From Thermosulfurimonas dismutans (GTDB lineage: Bacteria; Desulfobacterota; Thermodesulfobacteria; Thermodesulfobacteriales; Thermodesulfobacteriaceae): 32,000 bases of DNA. The translations under genes were made by a program, and so were the position numbers. The stretch is from contig NZ_LWLG01000016.1 in the NCBI RefSeq assembly GCF_001652585.1, forward strand, positions 15,424 through 47,423. The letters are read 5' to 3'. Positions 23,755 through 32,000 of this stretch are shown one piece after another. Position 1 is the first letter of the stretch. Every line of letters starts with the position of its first letter. Under the pieces are notes generated by a model. It had not been told where the DNA came from and ran no database searches. It saw nothing but the letters and a program-made list of their open reading frames with translations.

Positions 23755-24567
23755 ATGAGCACACATCGAGTCTTAACCGGATTCTTGCTAGCACTGGGTT
23801 TCGTTCTGGTCCTTGTCCATTCAGTTTGGGCTAGGCGGATAGTGATCCTCTATGCGGCTGCTAGTCCCATTGTTAAGGCCCTCGGGGTTCCCGAGGATGA
23901 AGTAGTGGGGGTTACGCGTACGGATCAGGTGTTTCCTCGGGCAACAAAGGTGGGATCTCACTTAAGGCCCAACCTGGAACTCATCCGGGCCCTTTCACCG
24001 GATCTCGTGATTGTAGGTTCCAAAAAGGCCTTTCCCGATTCGGCGGCTGAAAGACTTAAGGCCGCGATCTTTCGATACGATCCGAGGACACTTAAGGAGA
24101 TTCTCGAAGCCATAGAGGCCTTGGGAAGGGTCCTCGGGCGGGAGGAGGCCGCCCGAAACCTAGTTGTCGAGCTCAAGGCCGAGCTTGCGGCCCTCAAACC
24201 CCTCCCTCGGCGGCCGAACGTAATCTATGAGGTAAGTTCATTGCCCCTCAAAGTGGCCGGACGCCGTAGCATCGTGAACGACATTATACGGGTGGCAGGC
24301 GGACGTAACCTGGTGACTGCAGAAAAAAAACACGTGTTGCTCTCTCCGGAGGCGGTGCTGGCCCTTAACCCAGATTTTTATCTCTACCAGGTAGGACCCA
24401 TGAATCGAAACCCTGTGTCTCCTAAAAAACGTCCCTATTTCAAGGGTCTTGAGAGCAGGGTTATCCGGGTGGATGAACACGAGTTTGCTCGGCCGGGGCT
24501 AAACGCCTTTTCTGCGGCGGTCAAGCTAAACCGAATCTTCTTTGAAACCCTGAATCAGCGACCTTAA
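23755..24567 (+). CDS. Periplasmic substrate-binding protein, BtuF/FhuD-like (class 8 PBP)
   Basis: 270 aa with a signal peptide. It starts directly after the upstream stop. RIVILYAAASPIVKALG, LSPDLVIVGS and LNPDFYL are typical of the family. Its position next to the cbi genes suggests a corrinoid substrate (inference). Confidence 0.75.
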   Translation: MSTHRVLTGFLLALGFVLVLVHSVWARRIVILYAAASPIVKALGVPEDEVVGVTRTDQVFPRATKVGSHLRPNLELIRALSPDLVIVGSKKAFPDSAAERLKAAIFRYDPRTLKEILEAIEALGRVLGREEAARNLVVELKAELAALKPLPRRPNVIYEVSSLPLKVAGRRSIVNDIIRVAGGRNLVTAEKKHVLLSPEAVLALNPDFYLYQVGPMNRNPVSPKKRPYFKGLESRVIRVDEHEFARPGLNAFSAAVKLNRIFFETLNQRP

Positions 24568-24600
24568 CTTTTTGAAGAGATCGGTTCGGGAGGTTGGCTG

Positions 24601-25362
24601 GTGGCTATCATTAAATTCCTTGGCACCGCAGGCGCCCGCTACGTGGTGGCCCGGCAGCTTCGGGCTTCGGGTGGGGTCTACATCGAGGCCGAGGGCACCC
24701 GCCTCGTGCTCGACCCTGGCCCCGGGACCCTGGTCTACATGGCCAGGGAAAAGTTGCGGGTGGAAAAGCTTTCCGGGATTATTGTCACCCATGTCCATCT
24801 CGACCACTCCGCGGATCTCAACATCTTGGTGGATGCCATAACAGAAGGCGGGCTTAAGAAACGAGGGACGGTCTTTATCCCCAGAGAAGGGCTTTATGGA
24901 GAAAACGCCGTACTTCTCCCTTATCTCAGGCCTTATCTCCAAAGAATCGAGATTCTTGGAGCTCAAAAGGAATTTAGGCTGGGAGAAATTGCGTTTCGGA
25001 CCTCTGTACGGCACCACCATCCGGTTGAGACCTACGGTATCGTGATGGAAGTTTCGGGGAAGCGGGTGGGCTTCGTGGTGGACACCCTTTATTTCAAGGG
25101 GCTTCTTGAGAGCTATCAGGGCTGTGACCTCTTAATCTTCAATGTGGTGCGCTTCAAGCCCCATCCCTCACCCCAAGTCCAGCACCTTTCGGTGGCCAAT
25201 GTAAAGGAGATGGTTGAGATCTTGAGACCCGAAAGGGCCGTGCTTACCCATTTCGGGATGACCATGATCCGGGCCAATCCCAAACAGGTGGCCCAGAAAC
25301 TCACGAAAGAGACTGGTATCCCGGTCATTGCGGCTTACGATGGCTTTGAAATAGAGCTTTAA
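24601..25362 (+). CDS. MBL-fold metallo-hydrolase
   Basis: 253 aa. The GTG start follows GGGAGG. Metal motif [11 protein letters not shown] (HxHxDH), plus later His/Asp residues. The substrate cannot be inferred. Confidence 0.75.
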   Translation: MAIIKFLGTAGARYVVARQLRASGGVYIEAEGTRLVLDPGPGTLVYMAREKLRVEKLSGIIVTHVHLDHSADLNILVDAITEGGLKKRGTVFIPREGLYGENAVLLPYLRPYLQRIEILGAQKEFRLGEIAFRTSVRHHHPVETYGIVMEVSGKRVGFVVDTLYFKGLLESYQGCDLLIFNVVRFKPHPSPQVQHLSVANVKEMVEILRPERAVLTHFGMTMIRANPKQVAQKLTKETGIPVIAAYDGFEIEL

Positions 25363-26678
25363 AGGATAAACCGCGAAAGATCGAGGTCCGAAGCGATATC
25401 CGAGAGCCTCTCTCGCACGTAATCCCCGTTTATAACCACTTTGGTGGGGGCGATATCCGGGGCCGAAAAGGAGATCTCTTCCAGGAGCTTTTCCATCACG
25501 GTGTAGAGCCTGCGGGCCCCGATGTTTTCCGTGCGCTCATTGACCTCAAAGGCTATGCGTGCGATTTCCTCAATGCCATCCGAGGTGAATTCCAGCTCTA
25601 CCCCTTCGGTGGCCAAAAGGGCCTGATACTGTTTCACCAGCGCGTTTTCAGGTTCGGTGAGGATGCGTACAAAGTCCTTCTGGGTCAGGGGATCGAGTTC
25701 CACCCGGATGGGGAAGCGCCCCTGAAGCTCCGGTATGAGATCCGAGGGCTTGGCCACGTGAAAGGCCCCGCTAGCGATAAAGAGGATGTGGTCTGTACGG
25801 ACCATACCGTAACGGGTGTTCACCGTGGTGCCTTCCACGATGGGAAGGAGGTCCCGCTGAACGCCTTCCCGGGATACATCTGGTCCGTGACCCTCGCCGC
25901 GGCTTGCGATCTTGTCAATCTCGTCGATGAAAATGATGCCACTGGTTTCCGTGCGGCGAATGGCCTCCCGGGTGACCTTTTCCATATCAATGAGTTTTTC
26001 GGCCTCGGTCTTGGTGAGGATTTCGAGGGCCTCTTTAACTTTGACCCGCCGTCTTTTCTGTTTGCGGGGAAAGAGAGAGGACATCATGTCCCGGAGTTGC
26101 TGTTCGATTTCCTCGAGCCCTGAGGCCGCAAAGACCTCCACCATGGGCATGGAGGGTCGGTCCTCAATATCCAGCTCTACATACCGGTCATCGAGTTTTC
26201 CATCCCGAAGCATCTGGCGAAATTTTTCCCGGGTCTCGGTGTCGCCCCCGGGACGATGAGGGGTAGGAGGAAGAAGGAAATCCAGCACCCGGTCCTCGGC
26301 AAGCTTCCGGGCACGTTCCTTGACCCGTTCCTGTTCCTCGGCTTTGACCATCTGGACCGCTATGTGGGTGAGGTCCCGGATCATAGATTCCACATCTCGA
26401 CCTACGTAACCCACCTCCGTAAATTTGGTGGCTTCCACCTTTAGGAAGGGCGACCCCGAGAGCCGGGCCAGGCGCCTGGCTATCTCGGTTTTACCCACCC
26501 CGGTAGGCCCCATCATGATAATGTTTTTGGGATAGATCTCGTCCCGAAGGGGTGGGGGCACCTGTTGTCTGCGCCAGCGGTTTCGAAGGGCAATGGCCAC
26601 CGCTTTTTTGGCGGCTTCCTGGCCTACGATGTATTTATCTAGTTCGGCTACGATCTCTCGAGGTGTAAGCGGCTTCAT
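25359..26678 (-). CDS. hslU: ATP-dependent protease ATPase subunit HslU
   Basis: 439 aa. [59 protein letters not shown]. Confidence 0.95.
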   Translation of the reverse strand: MKPLTPREIVAELDKYIVGQEAAKKAVAIALRNRWRRQQVPPPLRDEIYPKNIIMMGPTGVGKTEIARRLARLSGSPFLKVEATKFTEVGYVGRDVESMIRDLTHIAVQMVKAEEQERVKERARKLAEDRVLDFLLPPTPHRPGGDTETREKFRQMLRDGKLDDRYVELDIEDRPSMPMVEVFAASGLEEIEQQLRDMMSSLFPRKQKRRRVKVKEALEILTKTEAEKLIDMEKVTREAIRRTETSGIIFIDEIDKIASRGEGHGPDVSREGVQRDLLPIVEGTTVNTRYGMVRTDHILFIASGAFHVAKPSDLIPELQGRFPIRVELDPLTQKDFVRILTEPENALVKQYQALLATEGVELEFTSDGIEEIARIAFEVNERTENIGARRLYTVMEKLLEEISFSAPDIAPTKVVINGDYVRERLSDIASDLDLSRFIL

Positions 26679-27202
26679 AGTTCCTCGATGGTTAAGTTTT
26701 GATTGGTATAGACACAGATCTCTCCGGCGATTTTAAGGGCCTCTTCCGCTATCTTGCGGGCGGGAAGATCGGTGTGGCGTATAAGGGCCCGGGCCGCCGC
26801 CAGAGCCATCGGCCCCCCGGAACCGATGGCCATGACCGCCTCATCTGGCTCGATCACATCTCCAGAACCAGAGATGAGGAGGGTAGTTTTCCGGTCGCAG
26901 GCGATGAGAAGGGCCTCAAGCCGGCGCAGGAGCTTGTCCGTGCGCCAGTCTTTGGCCAGCTCTACCGCGGCCCTTACCAGATGACCGCTATAAAGCTCCA
27001 GCTTTTTCTCTAGACGTTCGAAAAGGGTTAAGGCGTCTGCGGTTGAGCCTGCGAAACCGGCTAGTACCTGCCCCTTGTAAAGTTTACGAACCTTACGGGC
27101 CTTGTGTTTGATGACCGTTTCGCCCAGGGTTACTTGGCCATCAGCTCCAAGGACTACTTGATTATCCCTTCTTACCGCCAGAACCGTGGTGCCTTTGAAC
27201 AT
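26675..27202 (-). CDS. hslV: ATP-dependent protease proteolytic subunit HslV
   Basis: 175 aa. [54 protein letters not shown]. It overlaps the hslU start by 4 nt. Confidence 0.95.
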   Translation of the reverse strand: MFKGTTVLAVRRDNQVVLGADGQVTLGETVIKHKARKVRKLYKGQVLAGFAGSTADALTLFERLEKKLELYSGHLVRAAVELAKDWRTDKLLRRLEALLIACDRKTTLLISGSGDVIEPDEAVMAIGSGGPMALAAARALIRHTDLPARKIAEEALKIAGEICVYTNQNLTIEEL

Positions 27203-27208
27203 ATGGCT

Positions 27209-28117
27209 CTAATCCTTATCACATTCAGGTTTTTTAGCAAGGGCCCGAGGATGGGCAGTGTCGTAAACCCGGGCCAAGTGTCCGAAATCGAGATGGGTGT
27301 AACGTTCGGTGGTGGCCAGTCGGCTGTGGCCTAACATTTCCTGGATACTTCGGAGATCCGCCCCGGACTCAAGCAGATGAGTCGCAAAGGAATGCCTAAG
27401 GACATGGGGATGGACACCGGAAAGGCCGACCTTTAGGGCATACTTCTGGACGATGCGCTGGAGGCTACGGGTGGAAAGAGGCCCGCCGAATCGGTTCAGT
27501 AAGAGATAATCCGAGCTTCGGCCAAGACGCTGAAGGAACTTTTCTCTTTCGGGAAGATACTTAGAAATAGCCTCTTTCGCTTTGCGTCCCAAGGGGACTA
27601 GGCGCTCCTTCCGGCCCTTGCCCCGAACCCTGAGGAGTCGAACTTGGAGATTGATGTCCGGAAGCCTTAAACCGCAGAGCTCAGAGGCCCTAAGACCCGC
27701 TCCATACAGGAGTTCTAGGGCTACTCGATCACGCAGAGAAATAAAATGGTCTTCGAGTGGACTCTCTATCAAACCCACGGCCTCATCCACCGTAAGTACT
27801 CGGGGAAGTTCCTTGGATAACTTGGGACTGGCCAGGGCCAGGAGACGGGTGTCCACAGGGCCTTTGTGTTTCATGAGATATCGGTAGAGACTTTTGATGG
27901 CCGAGAGCTTGCGGGCTACTGTCCGAGGAGAGACCGTTTTTCGGAGAGTTACTATAAAAGCCCGGAGATCCGAAAGCTCGACTTCGGTAATAGGTTTGTT
28001 TCCCAAAAACTTGAGGAAGTCTTCCAGATCTCTCCGGTAGGCCCGCAAGGTGTGAGGGGAGAAGTTCTTTTCGTTTGAAAGATAGCGCAGAAATTCCTCG
28101 ATGAGTTCTCTATTCAA
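27209..28117 (-). CDS. xerC: Tyrosine recombinase XerC/XerD family (chromosome dimer resolution)
   Basis: 302 aa. FLRYLSNEKNFSPHTLRAYRRDL, GLRASEL, HVLRHSFATHLL, GHSRLATTERYTH (R-H-R-Y catalytic set). The conserved xerC-hslV-hslU context argues for the housekeeping enzyme. Confidence 0.85.
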   Translation of the reverse strand: MNRELIEEFLRYLSNEKNFSPHTLRAYRRDLEDFLKFLGNKPITEVELSDLRAFIVTLRKTVSPRTVARKLSAIKSLYRYLMKHKGPVDTRLLALASPKLSKELPRVLTVDEAVGLIESPLEDHFISLRDRVALELLYGAGLRASELCGLRLPDINLQVRLLRVRGKGRKERLVPLGRKAKEAISKYLPEREKFLQRLGRSSDYLLLNRFGGPLSTRSLQRIVQKYALKVGLSGVHPHVLRHSFATHLLESGADLRSIQEMLGHSRLATTERYTHLDFGHLARVYDTAHPRALAKKPECDKD

Positions 28118-29945
28118 CGGTGAGGACCTCTTTCAAGGTCTTGGCGAGTTCTTCCAGAGAGAAAGGTTTGGAGAGATGATAGTACCTTTCCTCAGGTAGA
28201 TTTTGGCGCACAAAGTCCTCGCCATAACCTGAAACTACAATGAGCTTGAGATCCGGAAATTTGTTTCGAAGTTCCCGAATGAAGTTAACGGTATTTCCAC
28301 TTTTCATTTGGATGTCAATGAGGAGGACTTCGGGTTTGAGACCATGGGTAATAAGTTCCCTGGCTTCCTGAAATCCGGCCGCAAGATAAGGACGATAACC
28401 CAGGTGCTGCATCATTTCTTTAATGGTCTCGAGGAGGACTACCTCTTCTTCTACCACCAAAATGTTGAGAAAAGAGGGGGGCAGGGCCGTTTCTGGTTTG
28501 GAAGGTTTTTGGGGAAGATAGATTCGAAAGGTCGTGCCTTTACCGAGGGTAGAATAGGCGGCAATATGGCCTTTGTATTGTTTGACCAAAGAATAGACCG
28601 TGGCCAAGCCAAGGCCGGTGCCGGAATCCTTAGTGGTGAAATAGGGCTCGAAGATATGGGGCAGGACCTCTTTGGATATACCCGGACCGTTGTCTTCGAA
28701 GGTAAGAAGGAGATAGGGGCCGGCTAGAAGGCCTAGTATTTGGGCCGTTCCTTCTGAAAGGATAACCTCTTCCAGTTTAATGCTTACTTTGCCCCCTTCG
28801 GACATGGCCTCTCTGGAATTGGAGATCAAGTTGAAAAGTATCTGCTGAATATGGAGGGGATTTATCTCGGTAAAAAGCCCCTTTTGGGGGGCCTCAATTT
28901 CGAGTTGGATATTGGATCCTAATAGTCGAGAGAAGGTTTCTTTATGGCTATGGAGAAATTGGGCCAGATCAATGGTCTGGGGTGTGCCCGGAGACTTGCG
29001 GGCAAAAGAGAGGAGATCCTGGCTCATGTTACGCCAGCGTTCGATGAGCCCTTCCATCTTTTCGAGATAATCTTTTACTTTTTCGGGGTCAGTGAGCTTA
29101 AGTTTGGCCACGCCAAGGTAGCCTTGAAGGGCCATGAAAAGGTTGTTCAATTCGTGGAGAATAACTCCGGTAAACCGCCCAAGACTTTCCATTTTTTGGG
29201 CCTGAAGATACTGCTCGAAAAACTGTTTTTGGTTCGTTATATCTATAGCCAAACCTACAATGGTAGGCTTGCCTTCGGGATCGTCTACTCGCATGCAATT
29301 CCAAAGGAGATAGCGTTTATCGCCCTTACGAGATCTTATCGGGAGTTCGACGCCCTTTTGGAAAATCCCGCAATGGACCTCTTCACAATGCTTACGCCAG
29401 AGGTTTTGGTCTTCTTCCGGCACGAAGAGTTCAAAAATATTTTTGGCCAAAGCCTCTCCCCGCGGAATGCCAGTAATCTCTTCGAAAGCGCGATTTACAA
29501 ATGTAAGCTTGCCTTCCTGATTGAATATGATAAGGGCGGGATTTCTCTCCAAGATTTCTTGAAAAAATCGAACTTGTTTTTCTAATTTGTGTTCAAGTCT
29601 CTTTTTTTCGGTGATGTTTATGATTACCGAAAGGTAGATCCATTCTTCCCCAACTTTGAAAGGAATGCTCCTTACTTCATACCAACATTGGTCCTTGGGG
29701 CTTTTTACTTCCCAGACAATGGTCTTTTTATCCCTTAAGACCTCTTCTTTTTTGCACCAAGGGCATACTTTCTCTAGGCCATGAAAGACCTGGTAACACA
29801 TTTTTCCTACCGGGTCTTCTCCGCAGCGTTGCTTTAAAGGTTCGTTGGCATAAAGAACTCGGAAATCTTGGGATATAACCGAGATCATTCCCGGAAAAAG
29901 GTTTAAAATAGCCTCATAAAAGGGCAAACTTCTTTCGCAAGGCAT
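28110..29945 (-). CDS. Hybrid sensor histidine kinase (Cys-rich PAS, second PAS, HisKA, HATPase_c, C-terminal receiver)
   Basis: 611 aa. H-box GVILHELNNLF. N/G boxes NLISNSREAM, DNGPGI, GTGLGLA. The receiver has LLIDIQM (Asp) and LSKPF (Lys). Its stop overlaps the xerC start by 8 nt. Confidence 0.85.
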   Translation of the reverse strand: MPCERSLPFYEAILNLFPGMISVISQDFRVLYANEPLKQRCGEDPVGKMCYQVFHGLEKVCPWCKKEEVLRDKKTIVWEVKSPKDQCWYEVRSIPFKVGEEWIYLSVIINITEKKRLEHKLEKQVRFFQEILERNPALIIFNQEGKLTFVNRAFEEITGIPRGEALAKNIFELFVPEEDQNLWRKHCEEVHCGIFQKGVELPIRSRKGDKRYLLWNCMRVDDPEGKPTIVGLAIDITNQKQFFEQYLQAQKMESLGRFTGVILHELNNLFMALQGYLGVAKLKLTDPEKVKDYLEKMEGLIERWRNMSQDLLSFARKSPGTPQTIDLAQFLHSHKETFSRLLGSNIQLEIEAPQKGLFTEINPLHIQQILFNLISNSREAMSEGGKVSIKLEEVILSEGTAQILGLLAGPYLLLTFEDNGPGISKEVLPHIFEPYFTTKDSGTGLGLATVYSLVKQYKGHIAAYSTLGKGTTFRIYLPQKPSKPETALPPSFLNILVVEEEVVLLETIKEMMQHLGYRPYLAAGFQEARELITHGLKPEVLLIDIQMKSGNTVNFIRELRNKFPDLKLIVVSGYGEDFVRQNLPEERYYHLSKPFSLEELAKTLKEVLTVE

Positions 29946-30002
29946 GTTAAATCACCTTCTTTATGGTATTAAAACAAAGACTAACGGAGGTATCAAGCAG
30001 CC

Positions 30003-31691
30003 ATGGATCGCCTGAAGGCCCTCCTTTTTCGCATAGACGGTAGAGGTTATGGGGCCTATAAGGAACTCAAGGGGACTTATCGTTTCCCGGGTTTTACCCT
30101 TTTTATTGATAGGGTGCAGGCCGATCCCTTTGCTCCTCCGAGCCGGGTAAGGGTGAAAGTGCCGGCTTCGGAAGCAAAACTTCCGCCCTCAAGTTATGCC
30201 AATACCAGTCGGCGTTTGGGCCTTGAAAACTATCTTGCCGATCGCTTGCAACGATTTGCCCGTCGATTTGCTGAACGACGCGGTTCCGGAAAAAGCGGTC
30301 TCATTGTGGTTCACGGGCCGGGGCAAGAACTTATGCCTCGCACGGCGGTCTCTGTGGACGAGGAAGGCAATGTGGAGGCCAGATTCTTTGTGGGGTTGCC
30401 AGCCGCCGGGAGGAGGGTGTTGGCCAGTGAAGCCTGGGATATGCTAGGCAAACAGCTACCTCGGCTCGTCTCCGAAGCCCTCTTTTATCGTCATTTGGAC
30501 CAGAACGAACTGTGGAGTTTTGTAGAAACTTACGAAGACGCCGATTTCCTGCGAAATCAATTGGCGAGACTCAAGCTCGTGGCCTTCGTAGCCGAGGGGG
30601 CCATCCTTCCACGGGCCTCCGGAGTTGATCCTCGTCCAGCCAAAGAGGCTGTACCCTTTGAGCCCCCTCCCGAGCTCGCCGTGGAGATCGAACTTCCCAA
30701 CCGGGGAAGGGTGCGCGGCCTAGGCATTCCGGAAGGGATAACCCTTATTGTTGGCGGCGGGTTTCACGGAAAATCTACCCTCCTTCGGGCCCTTGAACTC
30801 GGGATTTATAACCACCGCCCCGGCGATGGCCGAGAGCTGGTGGTAAGTCGGTACGAGACCGTAAAGATCCGTGCTGAGGACGGCCGATCGGTCTCTGGCG
30901 TAGATATTTCTCCCTTTATAAACCATCTTCCATTCGGAAGATCCACTACAAACTTCGAGACCCCCTGCGCTTCGGGATCAACCAGCCAGGCGGCCAACAT
31001 CATGGAAGCCCTAGAGGTGGGGGCCAGGGTGCTTCTCCTTGACGAGGACACCTCGGCCACCAACTTTATGATCCGGGACGCCCGCATGCAAGCTTTGATT
31101 GCCAAGGAAAAGGAACCCATAACCCCTTTCCTTGACCGTGTACGAGAACTTTATGAACTCTTCGGGGTTTCTACCGTGCTTGTCATGGGGGGAAGCGGCG
31201 ATTATCTTGAAGTGGCGGACACCGTCATTGCCATGGATCACTTCCGGCCGCTAGAGGTCACCTCGCGGGCCCGGGAGATCGTAAAGGCTTTGCCCTCTCG
31301 CCGACGTCCGGAGCGCCCGGGGCCCTTTGAAAGAATTCCTGCCAGGCGAGTACTATCTGATAACCTTCCGTTAAAAGGTATCAAGCTCAAAGTCTTAGGG
31401 CTTGAGGCTCTGAGTCTTAACCGGGAGAAGATCGATCTTTCAGCGATAGAACAACTGGTCTGTCCAGATCAGGTAAGAACTCTTGGGCTTGCTCTGCTCA
31501 AGGTGAGAGAAAAGCTTTATGCGGGTAAACTTCTATACGAGGCTGTCCTGGAAGTGGAGGACGAGATAAAGAGCCGAGGGCTCCTGGGACTTTCGGAGGA
31601 GGCGCGAGGAGATTTAGCCTTTGTGAGACGTTTTGAGGTCGCGGCGGCTCTCAATCGCCTGCGGACCCTTAAGGCCCGTCCTGAAAGATGA
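30003..31691 (+). CDS. ABC_ATPase-family P-loop protein (COG3044-like), function unknown
   Basis: 562 aa. The characteristic N-terminus is IDGRGYGAYKELKGTYRFPGFTLFIDRVQADPFAPPSRVRVKV. Walker A GGGFHGKST, Walker B VLLLDEDTSATNF. An RBS (ACGGAGGT) lies upstream. Confidence 0.8.
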   Translation: MDRLKALLFRIDGRGYGAYKELKGTYRFPGFTLFIDRVQADPFAPPSRVRVKVPASEAKLPPSSYANTSRRLGLENYLADRLQRFARRFAERRGSGKSGLIVVHGPGQELMPRTAVSVDEEGNVEARFFVGLPAAGRRVLASEAWDMLGKQLPRLVSEALFYRHLDQNELWSFVETYEDADFLRNQLARLKLVAFVAEGAILPRASGVDPRPAKEAVPFEPPPELAVEIELPNRGRVRGLGIPEGITLIVGGGFHGKSTLLRALELGIYNHRPGDGRELVVSRYETVKIRAEDGRSVSGVDISPFINHLPFGRSTTNFETPCASGSTSQAANIMEALEVGARVLLLDEDTSATNFMIRDARMQALIAKEKEPITPFLDRVRELYELFGVSTVLVMGGSGDYLEVADTVIAMDHFRPLEVTSRAREIVKALPSRRRPERPGPFERIPARRVLSDNLPLKGIKLKVLGLEALSLNREKIDLSAIEQLVCPDQVRTLGLALLKVREKLYAGKLLYEAVLEVEDEIKSRGLLGLSEEARGDLAFVRRFEVAAALNRLRTLKARPER

Positions 31692-32000
31692 GGCTTACCT
31701 ATTATCATATCTCTATACTTTTTCTTCTTTCAGCCTTTGCGGCTTTAGTGATCATCTTTTCCGGAGTCTATTTTTATCTGCGCCTTGAACTTCCTGATAT
31801 TTCAAGCCTCAAGCACTACCGTCCTCCGGCGGTAACTACGGTTTATGATAGAAACGGAACTCCTATTGCCTATTGGTATCTCGAACGTCGTTTTCCTGTG
31901 CCTCTAAAGAAAATGCCACCTTATCTCATTCAGGCCTTCGTGTCTGCAGAAGACGCTCGCTTCTATGAACACGAGGGCATAGATTTCATAAGTATTTTAA
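31688..32000 (+). CDS. Class A penicillin-binding protein (PBP1A-type), N-terminal part; 3' end outside the window
   Basis: This gene is not in the ORF track because it has no stop in the window. The ATG at 31688 overlaps the upstream TGA (ATGA). The translation MRLTYYHISILFLLSAFAALVIIF... (TM anchor) runs into the GT51 glycosyltransferase motif QAFVSAEDARFYEHEGIDF. Confidence 0.8.
   Translation, partial: MRLTYYHISILFLLSAFAALVIIFSGVYFYLRLELPDISSLKHYRPPAVTTVYDRNGTPIAYWYLERRFPVPLKKMPPYLIQAFVSAEDARFYEHEGIDFISIL

Noticed and set aside
24526-25020. A 164-aa minus-strand ORF spanning the btuF-like/MBL junction.
   Set aside because: It is antisense to the MBL gene, which has the HxHxDH motif and an RBS. 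Its translation has no recognisable motifs and no RBS.
25359-25362. The convergent MBL-hydrolase and hslU genes overlap at their stop codons (TTAA), leaving no room for terminators.
   Set aside because: This is a real feature of a compact genome, but it has no further signal. Nothing suggests antisense regulation beyond the 4-nt overlap.
27209-28117. The tyrosine recombinase as a marker of an integrated mobile element or genomic island.
   Set aside because: The conserved housekeeping context xerC-hslV-hslU argues against it. There is also no adjacent tRNA, direct repeat, excisionase or cargo genes, and the protein has the full Xer-like N-terminal domain.

Overview
This is a densely coding chromosomal segment with roughly 31 supported protein genes. 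I recognise no rRNA, tRNA, CRISPR array, transposase, phage gene or defence gene. The Glu/Lys/Arg/Leu-rich proteins and the gene content suggest a thermophilic anaerobe (Thermodesulfobacteria/Aquificae-like), but I cannot verify this without a search. Gene order, left to right: (1) the 3' part of an EAL c-di-GMP phosphodiesterase; (2) a minus-strand operon of MoeA::PBP-like fusion -> fdhD -> moeA; (3) a divergent plus-strand operon of 610-aa polyferredoxin -> TorD-like chaperone -> 61-aa Tat-signal peptide -> fdhA -> fdhB -> fdhC -> MobB-like protein with a degenerate P-loop; fdhA encodes a selenocysteine-containing periplasmic formate dehydrogenase, and the ORF track splits it at an in-frame TGA at 8240-8242; (4) the tungstate transporter tupCBA (minus), divergent from an HTH + PBP-like regulator; (5) the anaerobic cobalamin genes cbiC-cbiD-cbiET-cbiF-cbiGH (minus), divergent from a btuCDF-like importer and an MBL-fold hydrolase; (6) hybrid histidine kinase-xerC-hslV-hslU (minus); (7) an ABC_ATPase-family protein overlapping the start of a class A PBP that runs off the right edge. 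The best candidate for something under-described is the tungsten/selenium formate dehydrogenase supercluster (859-16245). In it, one cytoplasmic PBP-like ligand domain is fused both to a MoeA metal insertase and to an HTH regulator next to tupABC. That architecture differs from the known Mo/W regulators ModE and TunR. Several unassigned accessory proteins accompany it. The rest looks like ordinary housekeeping. All calls rest on reading the translations and sequence by eye; no database search was possible.
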